From Polyangiales bacterium (GTDB taxonomy: Bacteria; Myxococcota_A; Polyangia; Polyangiales; Polyangiaceae), in NCBI GenBank assembly GCA_038231275.1, contig JBBRLQ010000001.1, positions 64,001 through 128,000 on the forward strand: DNA of 64,000 nt. Direction: 5' to 3'. Under the pieces are notes generated by a model. It did not search any database, had not been told where the DNA came from, and saw only the letters and a program-made list of their open reading frames with translations. This document shows, piece by piece, positions 1-10,359 of this stretch. Every line of letters starts with the position of its first letter. Positions within the stretch are counted from its first letter, which is position 1. Both the position numbers and the translations under genes were made by a program.

Positions 1-529
1 CCACCGCCTCGAGCATCGTCGCCACGACCTCGCAGACGTCGGCGTCGTCGTCGACCACGAGCACGCGAGCGCCTTGCAAGGGGGGCGCGTTCGAGTACGC
101 GGGCGGGGGCGGGCGCAGCGTGTCGGTCGCCATGAGCGAGTCCGCCGGCAGCGACGCCGGCGGCGGCAGCTCGGTCGGGATGGGCTCGCGCACCAGCGGG
201 ATCGCGATCGCCTCGCTCTCGATCGGGCGCTCGGTCGGCGGGTCGACTTCGGGCTCGGGCGCCCCGCTGACGAACCCGCGCAGCCGCTCCCAGTCGCGCT
301 TCTCGAAGACGAGGAAATGGCGCCCGTCACGCACTTCTCCGCGCGCGGCCGCGGCGGTGGCGCGGCGCCCTTCGCCGATCTCGAACGTCGCGAGGACCCA
401 CTCCCCCTCCCCGATGGGGTCGGGCCCCGGCAGCTCGAGCTCCTGCTCGGCCCCCGCGACCGCGCTCCTCAGCACGGCGAGGTCCTCGAACCGGTAAACG
501 ACGCTCCTCACCGGCTCGAACGCTACCAT
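1..529 (-). CDS. Response regulator receiver-domain protein with N-terminal extension (partial, runs off window start)
   Basis: Not in the ORF track. Manual translation from ATG 529: MVAFEPVRSVVYRFED...Pro-rich linker...GARVLVVDDDADVCEVVATMLEAV, a typical REC beta1 with acidic pocket. Confidence 0.8.
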   Translation of the reverse strand, partial: MVAFEPVRSVVYRFEDLAVLRSAVAGAEQELELPGPDPIGEGEWVLATFEIGEGRRATAAAARGEVRDGRHFLVFEKRDWERLRGFVSGAPEPEVDPPTERPIESEAIAIPLVREPIPTELPPPASLPADSLMATDTLRPPPPAYSNAPPLQGARVLVVDDDADVCEVVATMLEAV

Positions 530-608
530 GGGACGTTGCTTTTGCCCGTCGCTACCGTCGTTTGCCCGTTCCGTTCAAACGAGGTTCATTCTAAGCTGCC
601 CTCGTTCC

Positions 609-1583
609 ATGGCGCTCAAGCTCGGTCTCGGTTTCGTGCTGCTCGCGACGTTCACGGGCTCGTCCAGCTTCCTCGGCGGAACGTGCCAGGGCCAATCCCA
701 AGGCAACGGCGTCCAGAAGGACGCGCCTGCCGCGCCCGACGTCAGCATCCCCGAGGTCGACACGAGCGCGCTCACGCCGCGCGAGAAGAAGGAGTGGGGA
801 TCGTACGTCAGCGAGTTCCTCTCGCCGTGCGCGGACGTGCCGGTACCGATCGCGCAGTGCGTGAAGGAGAAGCGCCACTGCTCGCGCTGCGTACCCGCCG
901 CCAAATTCATCCTGAAGGGCGTGCGCGACGGCCAGTCACGCGAGCAGCTCGAGAAGAATTACCACGGCCGCTTCGACGCCGACCGCATCAAGAACGTGGC
1001 GATCGACGGCTCGCCGAGCAAAGGCCCCGAGAGCGCTCCGATCACGATCGTCGAGTTCGCGGACTTCGAGTGCCCCTTCTGCGCGATCATGGCGCCGCAG
1101 CTCGACAAGGTGTTCGACGAGCGAAAGGGCCAGATCCGCTTCGTCTACAAATTCTTCCCGCTCGCGGCCCATCCGCACGGCGAGGCGTGCGCGCGCGCGG
1201 GCATCGCGGCGGCGAACCAGGGAAAGTTCTGGGAGCTGCACCACAAGATGTTCGCGAACCGCGAGCACCTCGAGCAGAGCGATCTCGACGCCTACGCGAA
1301 GGAGATCGGGATCGACGTGCAGAAGCTCCACGCCGACATGCAGTCGCCCGCGACGAACGATCGCCTCGAGCGCGATCGCAAGGTCGCCGACGCGCTGATG
1401 GTGCGCGGCACACCGACGATCTACATCAACGGCCGTGACTACAGCCCGCAGAACGATCTGAACGACTGGCTGAACCTGGAGCTCGCCGGCAGCGGCGGGG
1501 CGCCGGCGCCAGCTCCTTCGAGCGCGCCGGTGGCGTCTGCGGCGAAAGCCGGCGCCGGCACTCTGGACGCCGGGAAGAAATAG
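609..1583 (+). CDS. DsbA-family thioredoxin-fold protein with signal peptide and Cys-containing N-terminal domain
   Basis: IVEFADFECPFC, FFPLAAHPH and VRGTPTIYING motifs; hydrophobic N-terminus from ATG 609. Confidence 0.85.
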   Translation: MALKLGLGFVLLATFTGSSSFLGGTCQGQSQGNGVQKDAPAAPDVSIPEVDTSALTPREKKEWGSYVSEFLSPCADVPVPIAQCVKEKRHCSRCVPAAKFILKGVRDGQSREQLEKNYHGRFDADRIKNVAIDGSPSKGPESAPITIVEFADFECPFCAIMAPQLDKVFDERKGQIRFVYKFFPLAAHPHGEACARAGIAAANQGKFWELHHKMFANREHLEQSDLDAYAKEIGIDVQKLHADMQSPATNDRLERDRKVADALMVRGTPTIYINGRDYSPQNDLNDWLNLELAGSGGAPAPAPSSAPVASAAKAGAGTLDAGKK

Positions 1584-1602
1584 GGGCAAGAGCTTCGCGT
1601 CG

Positions 1603-2361
1603 ATGAGGGCCGCGATCTCCGATGGGTGTGGGTGCTTCCCCACGGGGCGCCACTACGCCGGCATCGCGCACCTCCTCCGCTCCGTCGTCCGCGGCCTCGC
1701 CGACGATCTCGGCGCCGCCGACGCCACGTGGATGGACATGCCCATCGCGCTCCTCGACGTCGAGACGACGGGGCGTGACGCGTCGATCGATCGCGTGGTC
1801 GAGATCGGCATCGTCGTCGGCCGCAGCGGTGAGGTCGTGGCCCGCTACAACTGGCTCGTCAACCCGGGGATGCCGATCCCCGAAGAGGCCCGCGCGGTCC
1901 ACGGCATCAGCGACGCCGACGTGAAGGATGCGCCGCGCTTCGAGGCGATCGCGCACGAGATCTCGGCGGCGCTGTCGGGGTGCATTCCCGCGGCGTACAA
2001 CGCGGCGTTCGACCGCGCGTTCCTCCACGCGGAGCTCGGGCGCGCGCTCGTCGTGACCGGGCAAGCGTTGGCCGGCGGAACCGCTCCGGCGGCCCGACGC
2101 GACGTCGAGTGGCTCGACCCGCTCGTGTGGGCGCGCGAGATCCAGCGCGAGGAGAAGAGCAAGGCCCTCGGCGAGGTCGCGGCGCGCCTCGGCGTGACCC
2201 TCGAGAACGCCCACCGCGCAATGGACGACGCCGAAGCGGCGTTGATTGTATTCTACAAGCTCGCGCAGGATTCGCGCGTACCGAAGGCCTATGGCGCGGT
2301 GGTGCAGGAGCAGCGCAGGTTCGGGCTCTTGCAGCAAGACGAGCGACGTTTCTGGCGCTGA
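1603..2361 (+). CDS. DEDDh 3'-5' exonuclease (DNA polymerase III epsilon-like)
   Basis: ExoI LDVETTG, ExoII YNAAFD and ExoIII HRAMDDA motifs. Confidence 0.9.
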   Translation: MRAAISDGCGCFPTGRHYAGIAHLLRSVVRGLADDLGAADATWMDMPIALLDVETTGRDASIDRVVEIGIVVGRSGEVVARYNWLVNPGMPIPEEARAVHGISDADVKDAPRFEAIAHEISAALSGCIPAAYNAAFDRAFLHAELGRALVVTGQALAGGTAPAARRDVEWLDPLVWAREIQREEKSKALGEVAARLGVTLENAHRAMDDAEAALIVFYKLAQDSRVPKAYGAVVQEQRRFGLLQQDERRFWR

Positions 2362-2499
2362 CGACCTTCGTGCCGCCGCCACCCCGCGTCGGCCCATTGG
2401 ACGTGCCTGCCGTACAGACACCTGATGGACCGTCGCGCGCCCTTGAACCCTTGCGCCTGACCCTTGCAGCCGCACCTTGTGGGGAGGAAAAGTCTAGTC

Positions 2500-3297
2500 A
2501 TGAGCCCCACCACACGCGCTCCGGCGGTTGCCGGTTTTTTCTATCCCGCGTCGAAGGACGAGCTCGGGTCGCAGGTCGACGCGCTCCTCGCGGGGGCGCG
2601 GCCGTACGAGGCCACGCCTACGGCCAAGGTGATCATCGCGCCGCACGCCGGGTACATGTACTCGGGAGAGATCGCGGCGACGGCGTTCGCGCGCCTCGTG
2701 CGGGACGGGGCTTCAGTTCACACGGTGATCGTCATGGGCCCGGCGCACCGCGTGCGCGTGCGAGGTCTCGCCGGGCCGGGCGTGACGCAAATGGGCACGC
2801 CGCTCGGCACGGTCGAGGTCGACGCGACCGCGTTCGCGCGTGTGCCGCAGGTCGCCCAGCTGCCGGTCGCGCACGCCAAGGAGCACTCGGTCGAAGTAGA
2901 GCTTCCCTTCGTGCAACGGGTCGCGCCCAACGCGCGCGTCGTCCCGCTGGTCGTCGGAGACGCGTCGGCCGAGGAGGTCGCGGCGGTCCTTCGCGCGCTG
3001 TGGGGCGACGCCGGTACGCGGATCGTGATCAGCTCCGATTTGTCGCATTTCCACCCGTACGACGAGGGTCGTGCGCGCGATCAGAGGACGGCGTCGCGCA
3101 TCACGGCGCTCGACCTCGCACCGCTCGACGGTGAAGACGCGTGCGGCGCCGCGGCGATCAACGGCCTCCTCCTCGTCGCGCGCGAGCGAGGGCTCCGCGC
3201 CGAGCTGCTCGATCTGCGAAGCTCGGGCGACACGGCCGGGACGCGGAGCGAAGTCGTCGGCTACGGCGCGTTCGCGTTCCACGAGGCGGCGTCATGA
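2500..3297 (+). CDS. amrB: AmmeMemoRadiSam system protein B (MEMO1 family)
   Basis: PAVAGFFYP, APHAGYMYSG, EHSVEVELPF, ISSDLSHF, ACG and VVGYGA motifs; GGGAGG RBS upstream. Confidence 0.92.
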   Translation: MSPTTRAPAVAGFFYPASKDELGSQVDALLAGARPYEATPTAKVIIAPHAGYMYSGEIAATAFARLVRDGASVHTVIVMGPAHRVRVRGLAGPGVTQMGTPLGTVEVDATAFARVPQVAQLPVAHAKEHSVEVELPFVQRVAPNARVVPLVVGDASAEEVAAVLRALWGDAGTRIVISSDLSHFHPYDEGRARDQRTASRITALDLAPLDGEDACGAAAINGLLLVARERGLRAELLDLRSSGDTAGTRSEVVGYGAFAFHEAAS

Positions 3298-3875
3298 GCG
3301 CGACGCCCCTCCACCCGCACGGCGTCGAGCTCGCGGCGTGGGCCCGCGCGCGGGTGCGGGAAGAGCTCGGCGGATCTCCCGCGGTGTGCCCGACCGGGGC
3401 GTGGTGCGACGCGCCGGGCGCCACCTTCGTCACGCTGAGGTGGCCGGACGGACGCCTGCAAGGCTGCATCGGGAGCCTCGTCCCACGCCGCGCGATCGTG
3501 GCGGACGTCGCCGAGAACGCGATCGCCGCCGCGATCCGCGATCGTCGCTCCTTGCCACTGCAGCTCGCCGACGTCGACGCCGTCGATCTCGAGCTGTCCA
3601 TCCTCTCGAAGACCGAGCCCATCGCCTTCACGACCCAGGACGAGGCGCTCGCGGCGCTCAGGCCTGGCGCGGACGGCGTCGTCTTCCGATGGCGCGGCCA
3701 CGACGCGACGTTCTTGCCGGTGATGTGGGGCGAGCTTCCGGAGGCGCGCGTGTTCCTCGGCGAGCTCAAACGAAAGGCGGGCCTACCGTTCGACTTCTGG
3801 GCCAACGGCGTCACGCTCCATCGCTACGCGGTGGATAAGCACGTCGATCGCCACACCAAAGAGGGCCCCTCGTGA
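3294..3875 (+). CDS. amrA: AmmeMemoRadiSam system protein A (AMMECR1 family)
   Basis: GATFVTL, LQGCIG, ATFLPVMW and ELKRKAGL motifs; ATGA overlap with amrB. Confidence 0.9.
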   Translation: MSATPLHPHGVELAAWARARVREELGGSPAVCPTGAWCDAPGATFVTLRWPDGRLQGCIGSLVPRRAIVADVAENAIAAAIRDRRSLPLQLADVDAVDLELSILSKTEPIAFTTQDEALAALRPGADGVVFRWRGHDATFLPVMWGELPEARVFLGELKRKAGLPFDFWANGVTLHRYAVDKHVDRHTKEGPS

Positions 3876-4975
3876 CGGCGGCCGCAGAAGGCCCGCCGCA
3901 GAACGGCGACGCGCGCTACTGGCATGTCGAGAAGGACGGACGCATCCAGTGCGACCTCTGCCCGCGTGACTGCAAGCTCCAAGACGGCCAGCGCGGCCTT
4001 TGCTTCGTGCGCGCGCGCGAGGGCGACCGCATGGTGCTCACCACCTACGGCCGCTCGAGCGGCTTCGCGGTCGATCCGATCGAGAAAAAGCCGCTCAATC
4101 ACTTCTACCCGGGCACGAGCGTCCTCTCGTTCGGCACCGCAGGCTGCAACCTCGCGTGCAAGTTTTGCCAGAACTGGGACATGTCCAAGTCGCGCGACAT
4201 GGACCGCCTCGCCGAGCAGGCGAGCCCCGACGCGATCGCGCGCGCTGCGAAAGAGGCCGGCTGCACGAGCGTCGCGTTCACGTACAACGATCCGACGATC
4301 TTCACCGAGTACGCGATGGACACCGCAGACGCGTGTCATGCCCTCGGCATCAAGACGGTCTCTGTCTCCGCCGGCTACATCCACGCGGAGCCTCGCCGCG
4401 ATCTCTACGCGAAGATCGACGCCGCCAACATCGATCTCAAGGCCTTCACCGAGGAGTTTTACCGCGCGCAAACCGCGTCGCACCTCGCGCCGGTGCTCGA
4501 CACGCTGCGCTACCTCGTCCACGAGACGAACGTCTGGACCGAGATCACGACGCTCCTCATCCCCGGCCTCAACGACTCCGACGACGAGCTTCATCGCCTG
4601 ACCGAGTGGGTCATGGGCGAGCTCGGTGCCGACGTCCCGCTCCACTTCAGCGCGTTTCATCCCGACTACCGCATGCGCGACGTCCCGCCGACGCCGCCCG
4701 CCACGCTCACGCGCGCGCGAGAGATCGGCCGTAGCAAGGGGCTACGCTACGTCTACACGGGCAACGTGCACGATCGCGATGGGGACACCACGTCGTGCCC
4801 GGCGTGCAGCGCGGCGGTCATCGTGCGCGACTGGTACGAGATCCTCGAGTCGCGCCTGAGAGAGGACGGCGCGTGCGGAGCGTGCGGGACGAAGATCGCG
4901 GGGCGGTTCGCCCCTCGCGTCGGATCGTTCGGCCGTCAGCGCAGGCGCCTCGTCATCCGCGAGCAAGGAACGTGA
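3872..4975 (+). CDS. amrS: AmmeMemoRadiSam system radical SAM enzyme
   Basis: CDLCPRDC, DPIEKKPLNHFYPG, CNLACKFCQN (CxxxCxxC), FTYNDP, YVYTGNV and C-terminal CxxC pairs; GTGA overlap. Confidence 0.93.
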   Translation: MTAAAEGPPQNGDARYWHVEKDGRIQCDLCPRDCKLQDGQRGLCFVRAREGDRMVLTTYGRSSGFAVDPIEKKPLNHFYPGTSVLSFGTAGCNLACKFCQNWDMSKSRDMDRLAEQASPDAIARAAKEAGCTSVAFTYNDPTIFTEYAMDTADACHALGIKTVSVSAGYIHAEPRRDLYAKIDAANIDLKAFTEEFYRAQTASHLAPVLDTLRYLVHETNVWTEITTLLIPGLNDSDDELHRLTEWVMGELGADVPLHFSAFHPDYRMRDVPPTPPATLTRAREIGRSKGLRYVYTGNVHDRDGDTTSCPACSAAVIVRDWYEILESRLREDGACGACGTKIAGRFAPRVGSFGRQRRRLVIREQGT

Positions 4976-5318
4976 CGAGCAGCCCGACCGCCGCCGGCAC
5001 CGCCTGCACGAAGAGGATCTTTCGCGACGCCGTCGCCGCCCCGTAGAGCCCCGCCACCAGCACGCACGCCAAGAAAAAATAGCGCAGCGGGAACGCGAGC
5101 TCGGCCGGCGCGAAGAGCGACCATGCGAGCCCGGCGGCGAGGAAGCCGTTGTAGAGCCCTTGGTTCGCGGCGAGCACCTTCGATTGCTCCTGCTCTTCTT
5201 TGGAGCGCGCGAACGTCTTCTGCCCGTACGGCGTGGCCCATAGGAACATCTCGAGGACGAGGAAATAGACGTGAAGCGCGGCAACGAGGCCGGCGAGGGC
5301 AGCCGAAGCGGCAAGCAT
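4953..5318 (-). CDS. DUF1304-family small membrane protein
   Basis: HVYFLVLEMFLW and LAANQGLYNGFLAAGL motifs; about 4 TM segments. Confidence 0.85.
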   Translation of the reverse strand: MLAASAALAGLVAALHVYFLVLEMFLWATPYGQKTFARSKEEQEQSKVLAANQGLYNGFLAAGLAWSLFAPAELAFPLRYFFLACVLVAGLYGAATASRKILFVQAVPAAVGLLVTFLARG

Positions 5319-5440
5319 GGGGGCAGTCTCGCACGGGGACGACCCCGACTGGTCAGCGATTGCGAGGGGCCCTATTCAGGCTCTATCCAGGCGACGACGC
5401 ATCGCGCTATGGTCCATGCCCCTCAAGCCGGGAGGCCGCC

Positions 5441-6724
<1,284 letters not shown>

Positions 6725-6734
6725 CGCGCGCGAG

Positions 6735-6763
6735 AACGGGCGTTCTCAGGGACGCCCGTTTCA
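6735..6763 (+). terminator. Putative intrinsic terminator hairpin after gltA
   Basis: AACGGGCGT (6735-6743) pairs with ACGCCCGTT (6752-6760), 10 nt after the stop; short U tract. Confidence 0.5.
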
Positions 6764-6909
6764 CTGCAATTTCAACGAGTTATAGCTCGCCCGTTTCTTG
6801 AAGGGAGAACCTGTCAGCGGCCGCGTAAGACGTGCCGCCTGACAAATTCGTACCTCCCTACGCGACCTCTTGCCAGGAGGTGCGTCAAGAGGGCAAAGGG
6901 GTCTCCCGC

Positions 6910-7518
6910 ATGCGTCCAGGTCTCGCAGATCTCATTCGTCTCGTCGGCGCCGTTGCCGCGATCGTCGCGATCGGGCTCGTCACCGAAGGGTCCGCGTTCG
7001 CGGCGCCGTCGGCGATGACGGACATGGCGGTCGAGGCGGACCTGCGTGACGCGCTGACCGAGCTGGAGACGTCGGGCTCGCGTCCGCTCTCGCTGGAGCT
7101 GAACCCGTTCGTCGGGGTCGTGGCGTCGGGCCTCAGCGGCAACGTCGAGTACGTGCCGGTTCGGCACGTTGGGCTCATCGCGTCGTCGCGGACGAGCCTC
7201 GTCATGCCCGCGTGGGTCAGCGAGGCGGGCGCCCGCTACTACACGGGGCGCAAGCGCGAGGCGAGCGGGTTCTACGTCGGGCCGTCGCTCGTGTACGGGC
7301 AGACGCGCGGCGCGGGGCTCTACGGCGTCGCGGTCGACGGCGGCGTGCAGAAGATCTTCGACAACGGCGTCACCGTCGGCGCCGGCATCGGCGTGCAGTA
7401 CGTGAGCGGCGCGATCGGCGGCTCCTCGCTCGAGGTCGGGCCACTCGTGAGCGACGACAACAGCGTGCGCCGCGCCGTGCTCCCCCGTCTCCTCTTCAGC
7501 GTGGGCTACTCGCTCTAG
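6910..7518 (+). CDS. Probable outer-membrane beta-barrel protein (DUF3575-like)
   Basis: Signal peptide ending AFA, SLELNP motif, amphipathic beta strands, C-terminal SVGYSL. Confidence 0.6.
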   Translation: MRPGLADLIRLVGAVAAIVAIGLVTEGSAFAAPSAMTDMAVEADLRDALTELETSGSRPLSLELNPFVGVVASGLSGNVEYVPVRHVGLIASSRTSLVMPAWVSEAGARYYTGRKREASGFYVGPSLVYGQTRGAGLYGVAVDGGVQKIFDNGVTVGAGIGVQYVSGAIGGSSLEVGPLVSDDNSVRRAVLPRLLFSVGYSL

Positions 7519-7524
7519 GCGACG

Positions 7525-8148
7525 ATGCAGCAGGACGACGTGAAGACGGTCCTCGTGGCCTTTGGCGCAACGCTGCTCTTCGCGTGCGGTGGGACGTCGG
7601 GCAACGGACTCTTCGGCAACGATGCGGACGCCAGCGCGCAAGACAGCGGCGTGACCCCGCCGCCGCCACCTTCCAACAAGGACGGAGGAGGCGTGCCCCC
7701 GCAAGACGCGACGCTCCCGCCGGTCGACTCCGGCCCGCTGCCTCCTCAAGACGCCGGCCCCGGCGACGCCGCCAAGCCCGACGCCGATCCCGGCATTCGC
7801 TGCTTCGGCGAGCCGAGCAAGTACTGCTCACTGACGTCCACGTGCTGCGTCACCGGCGCCGAGACGGCTGGAATTTGCGGCAACGCGAAGGCGTGCACCA
7901 ACGCCGGCGGCGTCGCGTTCCCGTGCGCCGATCAGCGCAACTGCTCTGGCGGCACACCTGGCGACGTGTGCTGCGCCGCGTTCGACGCGACCGCCGGCAA
8001 GATCACGGGCGTCCAATGCCAAGCGACGTGCGCGACGGATGGCACCGAGCACCAGCTCTGCGATCCCGCCACGAAGCCCGACGAGTGCGCCGCGCTCGGC
8101 CTCACGTGCAAGAAGCCGACGGTCCCCGGCTACGCGTACTGCCAGTAG
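7525..8148 (+). CDS. Cys-rich lipoprotein
   Basis: LFAC lipobox, D/A/G/P-rich stalk and Cys-rich C-terminal domain; start may be GTG 7540. Confidence 0.7.
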   Translation: MQQDDVKTVLVAFGATLLFACGGTSGNGLFGNDADASAQDSGVTPPPPPSNKDGGGVPPQDATLPPVDSGPLPPQDAGPGDAAKPDADPGIRCFGEPSKYCSLTSTCCVTGAETAGICGNAKACTNAGGVAFPCADQRNCSGGTPGDVCCAAFDATAGKITGVQCQATCATDGTEHQLCDPATKPDECAALGLTCKKPTVPGYAYCQ

Positions 8149-8173
8149 GCGCGCGGCCAGCGCGTTGCTGGGA

Positions 8174-9112
8174 TCAGAGCATTCGCTCGAAGAGCGAATA
8201 GATCTCGCGCTCCGCGAAGAGGAGCTCGAGGATCGCGAGGATGAGGAACGGACCGAACGGGATCGCGGCGCGCGCGAAGCCCTCTTCGGGCGGCTTTCCG
8301 AGCGGATCGTCCTCGAGGATCTCCTTCGCCTCGAGGTCCCCTTCGGCGGCGGCCTTCTCGAGCTCTTCGCGCTCGGCGGTGACCGACGCAGGCTCCTCGA
8401 TCTTTCCGCGCACGAGGTAGGTGACGACCGCGAAGAGCGTCCCCTGCACGCTGCCGGCGAGGAGCGTCCAGTACACGCCGGGCCAGCCGAACCACGCGCC
8501 TGCGAGCATGAGGAGCTTCGCGTCGCCGAGGCCCGCGCCTGTGCGACCTCGCAGCTTCTTGTAGAGGAAGCCGAAAAACCACAGCACGAAGAAGCCGGTC
8601 GCCGCGCCGACGAGCGACTGCCCGATGCGCAAGCCGCGGAAGCTCGCGGTCGCAACGCCGAGGATCGCGCCGCCGATCGTGACGGTGTCGGGCAGGTACA
8701 TGTGCTCGGCGTCGATGAACGCAGCCGCTGTGAGGCCGAGGCACAGCGCGAGATCGGCGCCGTAGATCGCGACGACGCGGCCGAGCGGCTCGGAGGCCGG
8801 GAGAGCACGGATCACCACCTCGACGATCGCGAGCGAGAGCGCGCCGCCGATGAGCTCGACGAGCGGATAGCGCGGGCTCATCTTCGCGCCGCAGCACCGC
8901 GCGCGGCCGCGGAGGAGCACGTACGAGAGGACCGGCACGTTGTCGTAGCCGGCGATCGGCTTGCTGCACGCGGGGCAGTGCGAGCCAGGTCGCACGACGC
9001 TCATCTCGCGCGGCACGCGGTAGATGACGACGTTGAGGAAGCTGCCCCAGATCAGCCCGAACGCGATCGCGAACGTGCGGAGGAACCAGAGGGGTGCGTC
9101 GGCGAGGATCAA
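8174..9112 (-). CDS. pilD: Prepilin peptidase / N-methyltransferase (A24)
   Basis: GSFLNVVIYRVP, SHCPAC, RARCC, FIDAEHMYLPD, GLGDAKL and IPFGPFL; probable TTG start at 9112. Confidence 0.93.
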   Translation of the reverse strand: MILADAPLWFLRTFAIAFGLIWGSFLNVVIYRVPREMSVVRPGSHCPACSKPIAGYDNVPVLSYVLLRGRARCCGAKMSPRYPLVELIGGALSLAIVEVVIRALPASEPLGRVVAIYGADLALCLGLTAAAFIDAEHMYLPDTVTIGGAILGVATASFRGLRIGQSLVGAATGFFVLWFFGFLYKKLRGRTGAGLGDAKLLMLAGAWFGWPGVYWTLLAGSVQGTLFAVVTYLVRGKIEEPASVTAEREELEKAAAEGDLEAKEILEDDPLGKPPEEGFARAAIPFGPFLILAILELLFAEREIYSLFERML

Positions 9113-9209
9113 TGGACGGGGTTTACGAGGACGTCGCGGTCTAGGAGCCAAGAGGAGCATAACGGCGGGCGTGACATCGTGGCACTTTCACGGTATCCGC
9201 CGCGGTGTC

Positions 9210-9821
9210 GTGCTCGTATCGATCAACCCCGACCACCCGGAGCCGCGCAAGGTCCGCAAAGCCGTCGAGGCGCTCGAGGCAGGCGAGGTGATCGCGTACC
9301 CGACGGACACGGTCTACGGGCTGGGCTGCGACCTCTTCAACAAGAAGGCGGTCGAGAAGCTCTACGCGATCAAGCGGATGGACAAAAACCATCAGCTCGC
9401 CTTCATCTGCCCCGACCTCGGCAACATCGCGCGCTACGCGATCGTGGAGAACCAGCACTACCGCGTCCTCCGGCGCATGCTGCCTGGGCCGTACTGCTTC
9501 ATCCTCGAGGCAACACGCGAGGTGCCCAAGCTCGTCCAGAGCAAGCGCAAGACCGTGGGCATCCGCGTGCCGGCGCACGAGGTCATCCGCGCGATCACGC
9601 GCGAGCTCGGCCGTCCGGTGATCTCGACGACGGCGCAGCACTTGGGCGAAGCGGAGCCGCACGTGGACCCGCACGAGATCGACGCGGCGTTCCGGGGCCT
9701 GGGGCTGGTGCTCGACGCGGGCGGCGGCGGGGTAGTGCCGACCACGGTCGTGGACCTCACACAGATCCCGCCGATCATCGTGCGCGAGGGCGCGGGGTCG
9801 ATCGAAGAGCTGATGAAGTGA
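9210..9821 (+). CDS. Sua5/YciO/YrdC family protein (threonylcarbamoyl-AMP synthase-like, YciO type)
   Basis: IAYPTDTVYGLGC, LPGPYCFIL, TVGIRVP and PTTVVDLT...REGAG; GTG start inferred. Confidence 0.9.
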   Translation: MLVSINPDHPEPRKVRKAVEALEAGEVIAYPTDTVYGLGCDLFNKKAVEKLYAIKRMDKNHQLAFICPDLGNIARYAIVENQHYRVLRRMLPGPYCFILEATREVPKLVQSKRKTVGIRVPAHEVIRAITRELGRPVISTTAQHLGEAEPHVDPHEIDAAFRGLGLVLDAGGGGVVPTTVVDLTQIPPIIVREGAGSIEELMK

Positions 9822-9833
9822 TCCGCCGCCGGA

Positions 9834-10325
9834 TCAGCCGGCCCCGGCGTCCGACAGCGCCGAGTCCCCACCGGCATCCTGAGCCACCCGAGGTTGGCAT
9901 CGCATAGAGGGTTTCGGCGCGCCACACCAACGGCCAGCGTTGCAATTCGCGACGATCGATCCGGCGCCGGTGCACGCATAGACGCAGGACAGGAGGTCGT
10001 TGCCGCACGCGGAGCCGATGGATGGGTAATCGTCGCTGGGGCAGGCCGCCGAGTTGCCGCCGAGCAGATCGCCGTGGTAGCGCGCGCACCAATGCCCATC
10101 CACGCAAATTGCTTCTAGGTCGTGTCCGTCCTCTGCCCTCCAGTGCGCCTCTGCGCCGCAGCATTCAGCACCAGGAGACACCGGGGTCCCGGACGGCACA
10201 ATCGCGCAGACGTCGGCCGCTCCGTCGACCTCGGTGCCGACGCTGGCGTCCGCGGCGTCGATTGTCCCGGACCGACACCCCGCGAGGATCAGCGGAACGA
10301 GTGCAACCAACCGCCCTGATCCCAT
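9834..10325 (-). CDS. Cys-rich lipoprotein, hypothetical
   Basis: LILAGC lipobox after ATG 10325; DAADAS stalk; CP..YP.IGSAC...C.Y Cys module. Confidence 0.6.
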   Translation of the reverse strand: MGSGRLVALVPLILAGCRSGTIDAADASVGTEVDGAADVCAIVPSGTPVSPGAECCGAEAHWRAEDGHDLEAICVDGHWCARYHGDLLGGNSAACPSDDYPSIGSACGNDLLSCVYACTGAGSIVANCNAGRWCGAPKPSMRCQPRVAQDAGGDSALSDAGAG

Positions 10326-10359
10326 ATTGGCGTTAGTCTGAGCTAACGAAGGGTGATGC

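Noticed and set aside
6885..6909. c-di-GMP-I riboswitch or 6S RNA at the gltA downstream region
   Set aside because: GGGCAAA is present, but the GNRA tetraloop/receptor and P2-P3 layout are missing; too short and branched for 6S
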